DNA of 64,000 bases from contig CAVXEP010000016.1 in assembly GCA_963760795.1 (NCBI GenBank), forward strand, positions 96,001-160,000, given 5' to 3'. The position numbers and the translations under genes are program-made. Position 1 is the first letter of the stretch. Every line of letters begins with the position of its first letter. The stretch is from an uncultured delta proteobacterium (lineage in GTDB: Bacteria > Desulfobacterota > Binatia > UBA9968). Below the pieces are notes generated by a model that was not told the DNA's origin, made no database searches, and was given only the letters and a program-made list of their open reading frames with translations. Shown here in pieces: positions 23,606-33,408 of this stretch.

Positions 23606-24607
23606 ATGTCCGGGATCTTCATCAGTTATCGCCGCGAAGACAGTGCGCCCTATGCTGGCCGGTTATGTGACCGGTTGAGCCAGCATTTTGGCGGGGACCG
23701 AGTTTTTATGGATGTCGATGACATTCCGCCGGGGACAGACTTCGCTGCACATATCAGCGCCAAGATTGGCGCTTGCGACGCGCTGCTAGCGGTGATCGGC
23801 AAACAGTGGCTCACCACTCGCAACAGTGGGGGCCAGTTGCGCCTTGGCGACCCCAACGATCTGGTCAGCCGCGAAATAGCGCTAGCCTTACAGCGCCGCA
23901 TCCTCGTCATTCCTGTGCTGGTCGAAGGTGCGAGCATGCCCAAAGCCGCCGAACTGCACAGTGATTTAAAGCCCTTGGCGCAGCGTAACGCAGTGATCAT
24001 TAGCGATCACGATTTTCAAGGTGATACCGCTAAGCTGATAAAGGCGCTCGAAGCGCTGCCGGCACTGCGCAAACAAACGCCGCAGGGTACCGATAACTGG
24101 AAAGCTGAATTGCGCCAACGGTTGCGGCGGCGGCTGGTGTGGAAGATTCCATTGATCATTTTGCTCGTCAGCTTCGCAATCTGGTGGCAGTGGCGAAACA
24201 ATGCCGACCCGCCCTTGAGCAGTGCCGAACAGGCGGCCGCCGACAAGAGCGCGGCGGCATTGTCTGGCACCTGGAGTGGCGATGTGACTTACCCATGGGG
24301 TGATAAGTACAGCGAAAGATTTCTGTTCACTGCCGAGGGAGCGAAGCTATTTGGCACAGCGACGTTCCTGGCTTCCAAGCGAGCAATCGAAGATGGGCGG
24401 ATCGTAGGCGCGACGATTCTATTCAAAGTCAGATACGAAGAAGTGAGCGGCGGCGACTCGCGCACCCGTTTGAACAGTTACGAGGGCACGCTCTCGGGAG
24501 ACCAGATTCAGCTGCGGGTCTTCGACGATAAAGGTAGCCCGCCGGTGGAATTCAGATTAGCCAGAAGCGCCGATGACGGCACGGCGGTCGATGCTGCCAA
24601 GCGATAA
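23606..24607 (+). CDS. TIR_2 domain protein with transmembrane helix and C-terminal beta-rich domain
   Basis: IFISYRREDS, VFMDVDDIPPG, REI (catalytic-position Glu), VIPVLV; TM segment IPLIILLVSFAIWW. Confidence 0.85.
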   Translation: MSGIFISYRREDSAPYAGRLCDRLSQHFGGDRVFMDVDDIPPGTDFAAHISAKIGACDALLAVIGKQWLTTRNSGGQLRLGDPNDLVSREIALALQRRILVIPVLVEGASMPKAAELHSDLKPLAQRNAVIISDHDFQGDTAKLIKALEALPALRKQTPQGTDNWKAELRQRLRRRLVWKIPLIILLVSFAIWWQWRNNADPPLSSAEQAAADKSAAALSGTWSGDVTYPWGDKYSERFLFTAEGAKLFGTATFLASKRAIEDGRIVGATILFKVRYEEVSGGDSRTRLNSYEGTLSGDQIQLRVFDDKGSPPVEFRLARSADDGTAVDAAKR

Positions 24608-24676
24608 TCTTGAGCCAATGCCGCGCGCTTTGACTTGACCCCCAGGTAACCAGTCGATATTCTCGCCGATAATTTC

Positions 24677-25789
24677 ATGGATCAAGAAATAATCTCACGG
24701 CTAAAACAACGCGTCATCGCCGAGGGTCTCGACGCCATCGTTGCCATGTCGCCGGAAAATGTCACCTATGTTTCCGGTTTCGTCGTGCCGTCCCAGTCGC
24801 TGATGCGCTGGCGCCATGCGGCTTGTATTGTCACGGCGGACGGCAGGATTTCCATGGTCGCCATCGACATGGAGGCGACTACGGTAAAGGCTCACGCCGG
24901 CATCGACGATCTGCGGATTTATCGCGAGTTCAGCGACGATCCGATGGAAAAGCTGGCGGAGGCGTTAATAGATTTGAAGCTCGATCATGGCAAGGTCGCC
25001 ATCGAGATGGAGTTTTTACCGGCAAAGGATTTCGCCACGCTGCAAAAGCAGTTGCCGAGCGTGCACTGGATCGCTGCGGATTCGATTTTCAACAAGGCGC
25101 GGCAGATCAAGACGGCCGCCGAACTCGCGTTACTGCGCTCCCTGAGCAAGCTCACGGATAACGCGATCGGCACGGCGTTGCGCTCCGCCAAGATCGGCAT
25201 GAGCGAGATGGAGCTGGCGGGCACGTTGCTGACGACGCTGTTTGCCGGCGGCGCTGAGAGTTACAAGCTGATGATTATCGCTTCCGGCGAGCGCAGCGAG
25301 TTCCCCAACGTCGGACCGAGCGAGCGTAAGCTTAAACATGGCGACATCATTCGCATGGAAATCTTCGGCCAGAAGAGCGGCTACCTCACCGGCGTTTGCC
25401 GCACCGCGGTGGTTGGCGAGGCGACGCGTGAGCAGTACAAGATCTGGTCTAATTTGATCGAGTGCAAATATCTGGTCATGGATCTAATTAAACCCGGGGC
25501 GAGCTGCGCGGAAATCTACCGAAAGTTTCTTGAAAAGTTCAGCCAGCTGGGCTTCGCGCCGATCAGTTTCGTCGCCCATGGCATCGGCCTACACCTTCAT
25601 GAAGAGCCGTACATGGGGCGCTACGGCAATGAGATTGTCGAAGCCGGCATGGTCGGCGCTTTCGAACCTCTGGTTTACATTCCTGGGCGCTTCGGCATGC
25701 AGAACAAAGACATGTTTTGCGTGACTGACAAGGGCTGCGAGCTGCTTTCCGATGTGACACCGACAGATACTTTGTTGAGAGTGGGATAA
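24677..25789 (+). CDS. M24 (Xaa-Pro peptidase/creatinase fold) hydrolase
   Basis: Creatinase_N region (PENVTYVSGF), RQIKTAAEL, HGIGLHLHEEP, AFEP. Confidence 0.85.
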   Translation: MDQEIISRLKQRVIAEGLDAIVAMSPENVTYVSGFVVPSQSLMRWRHAACIVTADGRISMVAIDMEATTVKAHAGIDDLRIYREFSDDPMEKLAEALIDLKLDHGKVAIEMEFLPAKDFATLQKQLPSVHWIAADSIFNKARQIKTAAELALLRSLSKLTDNAIGTALRSAKIGMSEMELAGTLLTTLFAGGAESYKLMIIASGERSEFPNVGPSERKLKHGDIIRMEIFGQKSGYLTGVCRTAVVGEATREQYKIWSNLIECKYLVMDLIKPGASCAEIYRKFLEKFSQLGFAPISFVAHGIGLHLHEEPYMGRYGNEIVEAGMVGAFEPLVYIPGRFGMQNKDMFCVTDKGCELLSDVTPTDTLLRVG

Positions 25790-25870
25790 TGCCTTTTTTC
25801 AGCGACTTGAACATAGGTTTGGCCGTCGACCTGGCCTCTGCCGCAGCGGGCGAGTGGATTTCGGAGACAA

Positions 25871-27025
25871 ATGAAAATTACCAAGATCGAAACGATTCCA
25901 ATCCAGTTACCGACGCGGCGCGTGCACCAGTGGGCGAGTCTCACCACGCCGATCGGTGTTTATGTCATCATTAAGCTTCATACCGACGAGGGCTTGATCG
26001 GCCTCGGCGAAGCGCCGGTGTTGAAAGACTGGGGCGGCGATCATGGCAAGTATTTCGGCGAGACGCCGCAGACGACGGCGCATATCATCGGAGATATTCT
26101 CGCGCCGGCGTTGGCGGGCCAAGATCCCGGCCGTTTCGAATTGATTCACGCGCTGATGGATAAGGCGGTGAAGGGCTATCCATACTGTAAAGCCGCCATC
26201 GACGCGGCGCTCTATGATGTTGTCGGTAAGGCTCTCCATGTCCCGGCGTACCAATTGCTCGGCGGTTTGTATCGGGAGCGGATTCCGATTGCTCACAGCC
26301 TGGGTTTGATGGAGATCGAAAAGGCGGTGGACGAAGCGCTGCAGGCCAAGGCTGAAGGCGTGAAGACCATCAAGCTCAAGGGCGGCGTCGAGCACAAGCG
26401 CGACGTCGAGCTGGTCAAACAGATTCGTCAAGCGATCGGTCCTGACTTGAATATCTGTGTCGACGCCAACCAAGGTTATCCGACCGCCAAGACCGCGGTG
26501 AAGATCATTAGGGAGATGGAAATATATAACCTCCTCTACATGGAACAACCGGTGGAAGGCATCGATCAGATGGCCGAAGTGACGCGCCGCGTCGATACCC
26601 CGATCATGGCCGATGAAAGCGCCTGGACAGCGCAGGACGTTATCGAGATCATTCAGACGAAAGCCGCCGACGTGATTTCAATCTATACGACGAAACCGGG
26701 CGGAATGTTCAAGGGCAAAAAGGTCGCTGCCGTCGCCGAGGCGGCGGGTTTGAAATGCAACGTCAACGGTTCGGTGGAAACCGGAGTGGGCAATGCCGCC
26801 AACATCCATCTCGCGGCATCTACCGGCGTGGTGACCTACGGCTGCGTCGTGCCGGTGTCGACGCCGAAGGGCAAAGGCAAGGGTGGTATTGCCGGCATAT
26901 ACTATCAGGACGATATTATCACCGAAGCGTTCGACTTCGCCGACGGCGATGTCATCGTCTCGTCCAAGCCTGGACTCGGGATCGAGCTGGACGAAGATAA
27001 GATCAAGCATTACCGGGTGAAGTAG
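25871..27025 (+). CDS. Enolase-superfamily enzyme (muconate cycloisomerase/epimerase subgroup)
   Basis: KLK, DANQG, EQP and ADES metal ligands; PGLGIELD. Confidence 0.88.
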   Translation: MKITKIETIPIQLPTRRVHQWASLTTPIGVYVIIKLHTDEGLIGLGEAPVLKDWGGDHGKYFGETPQTTAHIIGDILAPALAGQDPGRFELIHALMDKAVKGYPYCKAAIDAALYDVVGKALHVPAYQLLGGLYRERIPIAHSLGLMEIEKAVDEALQAKAEGVKTIKLKGGVEHKRDVELVKQIRQAIGPDLNICVDANQGYPTAKTAVKIIREMEIYNLLYMEQPVEGIDQMAEVTRRVDTPIMADESAWTAQDVIEIIQTKAADVISIYTTKPGGMFKGKKVAAVAEAAGLKCNVNGSVETGVGNAANIHLAASTGVVTYGCVVPVSTPKGKGKGGIAGIYYQDDIITEAFDFADGDVIVSSKPGLGIELDEDKIKHYRVK

Positions 27026-27079
27026 GTTGCAACCTCTTTGATTGAGTCAATTAACGATATAACCGTACAAGGAAGTTCT

Positions 27080-27207
27080 GCCATGCCTGCGCAAGCCGGT
27101 ATCCAGGTGGGACACAGGGAACGAAGATGGATGCCGGCCTGCGCCGGCATGACGAGAGGAACGGAGCGTTGGCGCAGAACCTGAATTCCTGCGTGCGCGG
27201 GAATGAC
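27080..27207. repeat. Cluster of GTCATxCC...ATCCA / TGGAT...ATGAC palindromic repeats
   Basis: CATGCCTGCGCAAGCCGGTATCCA...TGGATGCCGGCCTGCGCCGGCATGAC...TTCCTGCGTGCGCGGGAATGAC; same family at 39323 and 48377. Confidence 0.7.
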
Positions 27208-27250
27208 GAGCGGGAATGGATCGGTTCGGTAATTCCAATTCTCTAAATCT

Positions 27251-28357
27251 ATGACCATCAAGAAGATCGCGATCCTCGGCGCCGGCAACGGCGGCTGTGC
27301 GGCGGCTGCCGATCTAACGTTGCGCGGTTTTCAGGTCCGTTTATTCTCGCGCTCGGAAAGCACCACGGTCAAACTGGGCAAGCTGGGCGAAATTGAATTA
27401 ATCGAAGGCGGCGTGAGCAAGAAGGCCGCGCCGTTCTTCGTCAGCCCGCATTTGCCGCCGGTGGTGCGGGGCGTGGATCTCATCGTTGTCACCACTCCAG
27501 CGGTCGGCCACGAGTATTTAGCCAAGGGAATCGCCAACTACTTAACCGATGGTCAGAAGGTTCTTTTGAATCCCGGCCATACCGGCGGCGCACTGCATTT
27601 TGTCAACTTGTTGCGCCAAGCCGGTTGTGCGGCCGACGTGCAGCTTTGCGAGACGGTGACGCTCACTTACATTTGCCGCATGCCGCAGTTCGGCCGGGTG
27701 GAAGTCTACCGGCGCACGACCAACCTGCGTTGTGCGGCGTTCCCGGCTAAACACACGGCGGCATTGGTGGAAGAAATTCACAGCGTCTTTCCCAACGTGG
27801 TCCCGGCTGCCAATGTGATGGAGACGGGCTTCTCCAATATCAATGCGATCATGCATCCGGCGGGGATGCTTGGCAACGTGGGCTGGATCGAGAAGAGCGG
27901 CGGCGATTTTCTCTATTACCGCGAAGGTATCACGCCGGCGATCGGCGCCTGGATCGACGCCGTCGATCAGGAACGACTGGAAATTGTCCGTCGGCTTGGC
28001 TTGCAAGCGTTGCGCTTTGTCGACATTTTTCACCAGGCTGGGCTGACGACCGCTGAAGCGCGCGATACTGGTTCCGCATATCAGGCAATTCACAACAGCG
28101 AGCCTAACTTTACCATCAAAGCGCCGCCGTCGCTCGATCATCGCTATATTCGTGAAGATGTCGGCTACGGGCTGGTGCCGATGGCGGAGGTCGGCAAACT
28201 GCTGGGCGCCAGGAGCCCGGTGATGGACGCGCTGATCACGCTGGCGTCGACGGCGCTTGGCGTCGACTTTCGCCGGGACGGTTTGACCCTGGATAAGATG
28301 GGGCTCGCTGGCATAGCGCCGGAAGCGCTGCCGGCACTGCTTGCCGATGGCTTTTAG
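27251..28357 (+). CDS. NAD/NADP octopine/nopaline (opine) dehydrogenase family protein
   Basis: GAGNGG, LNPGHTGG, ETVTLTY, NINAIMHP, YREG, HRYIREDVGYGLVP. Confidence 0.88.
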   Translation: MTIKKIAILGAGNGGCAAAADLTLRGFQVRLFSRSESTTVKLGKLGEIELIEGGVSKKAAPFFVSPHLPPVVRGVDLIVVTTPAVGHEYLAKGIANYLTDGQKVLLNPGHTGGALHFVNLLRQAGCAADVQLCETVTLTYICRMPQFGRVEVYRRTTNLRCAAFPAKHTAALVEEIHSVFPNVVPAANVMETGFSNINAIMHPAGMLGNVGWIEKSGGDFLYYREGITPAIGAWIDAVDQERLEIVRRLGLQALRFVDIFHQAGLTTAEARDTGSAYQAIHNSEPNFTIKAPPSLDHRYIREDVGYGLVPMAEVGKLLGARSPVMDALITLASTALGVDFRRDGLTLDKMGLAGIAPEALPALLADGF

Positions 28358-28365
28358 GAGTTCTT

Positions 28366-29349
28366 ATGCGTGTCGGACTTTGCTTTGACGGCTTTTATTC
28401 GATCCAAGAGATGATCGAGTTGGCGCAACTGGCTGACGATATCAGCATGGATTCGATTTGGATGTCGGATCATCTATGCTTTCGCGATTCCTTTACCACC
28501 GCGATGGCGCTGCTCGCGTCCACCAATAAGATCAAAGTGGCGGCTGCGCCAGCGAGTCCCTACTCGCGCAATCCAATGATCACGGCGATGGCGATCGCGA
28601 CCATGGACGAATTCGCGCCGGGCCGAGTGATCGGCAGCCCCGGCACAGGCAACGCGGCGGCGCTCAAGGAAGCCGGCATGGAGTCGCCTCATCCGCTCCA
28701 GACCATGCGCGAGTATGTCGAGATTTTGCGTGGTTATTTGCAAGGCGACACCGTCAACTTTCACGGCAAGATGTTTCAGATCAACGGCGCCAAGATGGGT
28801 TTCACACCGTCGACGCCAATTAAAATGTATATCACCGCGGTGCGCTCACGCATGCTGCAATTGGGCGGCGAGATCGGCGACGGCGTTTTGCTCTCAGCGG
28901 GATGCGCCGCCGGTTACATTCGCAAGTGCGCCGATGATATCGCCGCTGGCGCTAAGAAAGGCGGCAAGTCCGCTGAGGATGTTGACGTCGCCGGTTTTGT
29001 TACCGCGGCGGTATCGGACAGCGTCAAGGAAGCGATCGAAGCCAACAAACATTTTCTTGCGTATATCTTTCGTAACGTGCACCACGCCGAGAATATTCGC
29101 CTCGGCGGCGGCCATGTCGATCAGGAAGGACTCGCCGCAGCGGTAGCAAAACGCGACTGGGAAGCGGCAAAGAAATTCATCAGTGACGAAGTAGTCTTCG
29201 CCCACTCGGTTGCGGGCACGCCAAGCGACTGCGCCAAACAGCTCGAAGCTTTCACCAAGGGTGGCCTCGATTTGCCGATCGTGCTGCCGACCGGAACTCA
29301 GGAGGCGCGCAAGCGCGTGGTGCGCATGGTGCGCGAGATTGTTGGATAG
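28366..29349 (+). CDS. LLM-class flavin-dependent oxidoreductase (Mer-like)
   Basis: WMSDH, PYSRNP...ATMDE..PGR, GEIGDGV, VAGTP. Confidence 0.85.
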   Translation: MRVGLCFDGFYSIQEMIELAQLADDISMDSIWMSDHLCFRDSFTTAMALLASTNKIKVAAAPASPYSRNPMITAMAIATMDEFAPGRVIGSPGTGNAAALKEAGMESPHPLQTMREYVEILRGYLQGDTVNFHGKMFQINGAKMGFTPSTPIKMYITAVRSRMLQLGGEIGDGVLLSAGCAAGYIRKCADDIAAGAKKGGKSAEDVDVAGFVTAAVSDSVKEAIEANKHFLAYIFRNVHHAENIRLGGGHVDQEGLAAAVAKRDWEAAKKFISDEVVFAHSVAGTPSDCAKQLEAFTKGGLDLPIVLPTGTQEARKRVVRMVREIVG

Positions 29350-29429
29350 CTAATTGACTTGCTCAGAGAGGTTCACCTACGAATCTGTCATGCCGATTTG
29401 TCTAATGCACCCTAGGAGGTCGAGGTACC

Positions 29430-30435
29430 ATGTTGCAAGACTTTAAACTGTTGATCATGCTTGCGCTGCTGTTAGCTTCTGCCGTTGCAAGTCCGAGGGC
29501 AGGGCGTCAGCCTCGAGGCTGCCAAGAAGGAAGGCAAGGTCTTGGTCTACGGCACGATCATTCCCCAGGTGATGAAACTGATAGAGGCCGGCTTCGAAGC
29601 GAAGTATGGCGTCAACATCGAGTACTGGCGCGGCGATGCGACCAAGGTGGTCGACCGGGTTTTGACCGAATGGCGTGCCGGCAAACCGGGCTTCGATATG
29701 GTGATCGGCGCGCGCGGCCCATTGTCGCTGGCCAAAGCGGACGGGGTCTACGCTAAGTTTACCCCGGCAAGCGCGGCGAATTTTCCCGCCAAGTTTCGCG
29801 ACAAGGATGGCCAATTAACCGCATGGCGCGTTACCCCAGTGGGGATTCTCACCAATACCGACTTGGTAAAAGCCAACGACATGCCCAAGAGCTGGGACGA
29901 TCTGCTCGATCCCAAGTGGCAGGGCAAGATCACCATGCCTGACCCATCGCGCCACGCCAGCACGGCGACTTTTTTGTGGAACTTGCAGAAGATCAAAGGG
30001 GACAAGTGGATGGAATTCGTGCGGGCGCTAGCCAAGCAACGGCCGCTACTGGTCGAATCCTATTCGTCGGTGCCCAACGCCATCGTCCGTGGCGAGGCCG
30101 CGCTAGGCATTTCCTATATTCAATACGTGCCGCAGACCAAAGGGCCAATCGGCTTCGCACCCATCGATCAGATCCTCGCCGATCCGAGCGACTCGGCGAT
30201 TAGCGCCAAAGCCGCCAATCCCAATGCGGCGCGCTTCCTGGTCGATTATCTGTGTTCTCCCGAAGGTCAAAAGAAAGTCGCCGAGACTCATGAGTTCGTG
30301 CTTTCGCCCGGCGTCTATCCGGCGATCAAAGGCGCCGACCGGATCATGGCCAATTTGACCTTGCTCGAGGATCCGAGCTCCGAACAGCTGCAGAAACTCC
30401 TTAGCGATTTTCGCCAGTTGTTCATGGCTAAATAG
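29430..30435 (+). CDS. ABC substrate-binding protein (AfuA/FbpA-like), frameshift ~29500
   Basis: AGGAGG RBS plus signal peptide, then EAAKKEGKVLVYG, PKSWDDLLDPKWQG, PNAA...SPEGQ. Confidence 0.85.
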
Positions 30436-30516
30436 CCTTACACAATGACACCCCTGCTTGACTTAGCCGGGTACGGTCGATACGTTCGGCACGGTTCGGA
30501 TAAATTGGAGGAATCG

Positions 30517-31527
30517 ATGAAAAGCGGCAAGACACTTTGGCTACTGTTTCTCAGCTACTTCGCGCTCGGCGCTGCGCCGCTGTGGGCGCAAGCGGTCAAC
30601 GTCGAGGCGGCCAAGAAGGAAGGCAAAGTCGTCGTGTACGGAGCCCAGGTGCCTCAAGCCATGAAACCGCTGCACACCGCATTTGAAAAAAAATACGGTA
30701 TTACGGCCGAATATTGGCGAGGTTCGTCGACACAGGTTTCGGAACGGGCGCTGACCGAATGGCGGGCGGGTAAACCCGGCTTCGATGTCGTCGAAGGCAA
30801 TCGCGGAGTTCAGCTGATCATGCGCGACGACGGGCTATTCCAAAAATACATCCCGCCATCGTCTGAGAAATTTCCGGCCCAGTTCAAGGAAAAAGACGGC
30901 ATGATCACACCCTGGCGGGTGCTGCCAATCAGCATTTTGTATAACACGGATATGGTCAAGTCCGGCGATATTCCGAAAACCTTCGACGAGCTTGCGAGTC
31001 CCAAATGGACTCGCAAATTGACTATGCCCGATCCTACCCGGCACACCACGACGGCGCAGTTTCTGTGGAATCTGAGCAAGTTCAAAGGCGATAAATGGCT
31101 GGATCTCGTCAGAGCGCTGGCCAAACAACAACCGCTACTCGTCGAATCTTTGGCTCCGGTTACGACCACGATTATCAAGGGCGAGGCGCCGGTGGGCATT
31201 ACCTACATCAAATATGTAAAACAGTACAAAGGCCCGGTTGCCTACGCCTTTATGGACAAATATTTGACCGATCCGAATTATATGAGTCTAGGCGCCAAGG
31301 CGTCTCATCCGAACGCGGCGAAGTTATATCTTGAGTTTATATGCTCGGAGGAGGGCCAAAAACTGGTCGCCGAGGAAGGCGAGTTCGTGATGTATCCGGG
31401 AATTTTTCCGCCGATCAAAGACGCGGAGAAAGTCGCTCCCAATATGATTTTTATGGATAACCCATCCGAAGATGAGTTTAAAAAACTGATGAGCAACACC
31501 TTTCGGGAAATTTTCTTCGGCAAATAG
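30517..31527 (+). CDS. ABC substrate-binding protein (AfuA/FbpA-like), paralogue
   Basis: Signal peptide, EAAKKEGKVVVYG, ALTEWRAGKPGFD shared with the upstream SBP. Confidence 0.9.
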   Translation: MKSGKTLWLLFLSYFALGAAPLWAQAVNVEAAKKEGKVVVYGAQVPQAMKPLHTAFEKKYGITAEYWRGSSTQVSERALTEWRAGKPGFDVVEGNRGVQLIMRDDGLFQKYIPPSSEKFPAQFKEKDGMITPWRVLPISILYNTDMVKSGDIPKTFDELASPKWTRKLTMPDPTRHTTTAQFLWNLSKFKGDKWLDLVRALAKQQPLLVESLAPVTTTIIKGEAPVGITYIKYVKQYKGPVAYAFMDKYLTDPNYMSLGAKASHPNAAKLYLEFICSEEGQKLVAEEGEFVMYPGIFPPIKDAEKVAPNMIFMDNPSEDEFKKLMSNTFREIFFGK

Positions 31528-31562
31528 CTGGTAGCGGGATCGCTCTGAATCGATTGCAGCAC

Positions 31563-31616
31563 AAGAGGGCTGGCCTGTGCGCGATAGGCGCGCGCGGCCG
31601 GTCCTCTTTTTGTTTT
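31563..31616 (+). terminator. Hairpin plus T-run between SBP and permease genes
   Basis: AAGAGGGCTGGCC...GGCCGGTCCTCTTTTTGTTTT. Confidence 0.6.
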
Positions 31617-31626
31617 AGCGACATAA

Positions 31627-33387
31627 GTGAAAGACACGGCGTTAACTGATTCGGCGGCTCCGAGCCGACTTTTTGATCGCCCGCTGCGGGCATTTCGGCA
31701 GAATCCGCAGCTCGGGGTGGTCGTCTTTGTCGGCGTGGTGATCGCCTATCTGAGCCTCTCGCCGACGCTGATGCTTTTCTACGGCAGCTTTCGCAGCAAG
31801 CCGCTCGGCGTGCCGGGAGAGTTTACCCTGGCGCATTACGTCAGCGCGTACAGCGATCCGCTCACCTATCAGCTGTTGTTCAATTCGTTCGTCTTCGCCG
31901 GCGGTTCCGCCTTGCTTGCCACCGCATTGGCGGCGACATTGGCCTGGATCTCGATTCGCACCAACGCGCCGTTGCGCAGGCTCTTTGAAATAACCGCCAT
32001 CGTACCGAATATTTTTCCGCCGGTGATGCTGGCGGTGTCGTGGACGGTGCTGTTAAGCCCGCGCACCGGTTTGATCAACCGATCATTCATGCAGATCTTC
32101 GATCTGTCGGAAGCACCGCTCAATCTGTACTCGCTTTGGGGCATGGTTTACGTCGAGGCATTGATCACCGTGCCCCTGGCATTTTTGATGGTGTCGGCGG
32201 CGCTTTATTCGATGGACCCTGCGCTGGAAGAATCGGCGCGAGTGGCGGGATCGAGCAACATGCAGATCGCCTGGCGCATCACGCTGCCGATCGTGCGCCC
32301 GGCCCTGCTGGCTTCAGCGATGCTCAATTTCGTGCGCGCCATCGAGAGTTTCGATACTCCGGCGATCATTGCACTGCCAGCGCGCATTGAAGTTTTTACG
32401 ACGAAAATCTATCGCGAGGCGATCGGCGCTTTCCCGCCAAATCAAAATCTCGCCGCGGCTTACGGGGTTTCGTTGCTGCTGATCACCATGTTCTTCGTCT
32501 ATTTTTATCGGCATTTAACCGCGCGCTCGGAGCGTTACGTCACGGTGACCGGGCGCGGCTATCGGCCGATGATCATCGACCTGGGCAAATGGCGTTATGC
32601 GGCGTCGGCGCTGGCCGGTCTCATTCTCGTCCTGATCGTGGTTCTGCCGTCACTAGTCATGATCTACGTGTCGTTTATCACCTACGTTCACGTTCCGAGC
32701 GCCAAGACCTGGGAACTGCTGACGCTGGATAATTATATAACCAATCTATCCGACACGCGCACCTACCGGGCGCTGCAAAATAGTATGTTTCTCGCCGTCG
32801 TCGGCGCGACGGTTTGCATGTTTTTGGCGGCGCTCACCGCGTGGGTCACCACCAAGACCAAGACGGTGGGGCGCGGTGTCATCGAAGCCCTGACGTTCAT
32901 TCCCTGGGCCTTTCCCGGCACCGCCTTGGCGATCGGCTTACTTTGGACCTACGTGTATATCCCGCTGCCGATCTACGGTACGTTGTGGATTCTGATGATC
33001 GGCTACGTCACGCGGTTTTTGCCCTATGGTTTACGCACCATGACCAGCACCATCGTGCAATTGCACGACGACTTGCAGCAGGCCTCGATGGTCTGCGGCG
33101 CCAGTTTCCTGACCACCTTCCGGCGCATTCTTTTGCCGCTGTTGCGGCCCGGATTTATTGCCGGTTGGATACTTTTGGCGTCGATCTTTCTGCGCGAGTT
33201 CAGCACCTCGGTCTTTCTCTATTCCCCGGGAGCCGAACCGTTGGGGCCGTTGCTCTATCACTTCTACGTCGACGGCAATTTGGGGCCCATGTGTTCCTTG
33301 GCGTTGGTGGTGAGCTTAGTGTGCATGACGCTGATCTTGATCGCCCGCCGGATCGGCAAAGTCGGCGGCGACTTTGAGGGACATTGA
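31627..33387 (+). CDS. ABC permease, two fused TM modules (FbpB-like)
   Basis: Two EAA-type loops (LEESARVAGS, LQQASMVCGA); many TM helices. Confidence 0.9.
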   Translation: MKDTALTDSAAPSRLFDRPLRAFRQNPQLGVVVFVGVVIAYLSLSPTLMLFYGSFRSKPLGVPGEFTLAHYVSAYSDPLTYQLLFNSFVFAGGSALLATALAATLAWISIRTNAPLRRLFEITAIVPNIFPPVMLAVSWTVLLSPRTGLINRSFMQIFDLSEAPLNLYSLWGMVYVEALITVPLAFLMVSAALYSMDPALEESARVAGSSNMQIAWRITLPIVRPALLASAMLNFVRAIESFDTPAIIALPARIEVFTTKIYREAIGAFPPNQNLAAAYGVSLLLITMFFVYFYRHLTARSERYVTVTGRGYRPMIIDLGKWRYAASALAGLILVLIVVLPSLVMIYVSFITYVHVPSAKTWELLTLDNYITNLSDTRTYRALQNSMFLAVVGATVCMFLAALTAWVTTKTKTVGRGVIEALTFIPWAFPGTALAIGLLWTYVYIPLPIYGTLWILMIGYVTRFLPYGLRTMTSTIVQLHDDLQQASMVCGASFLTTFRRILLPLLRPGFIAGWILLASIFLREFSTSVFLYSPGAEPLGPLLYHFYVDGNLGPMCSLALVVSLVCMTLILIARRIGKVGGDFEGH

Positions 33388-33408
33388 TATAAGCTTTGAG
33401 GAAGAAAT

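Noticed and set aside
27251-28357. Staphylopine/pseudopaline metallophore biosynthesis (CntM)
   Set aside because: No nicotianamine-synthase-like CntL or exporter is adjacent, and the context looks catabolic.
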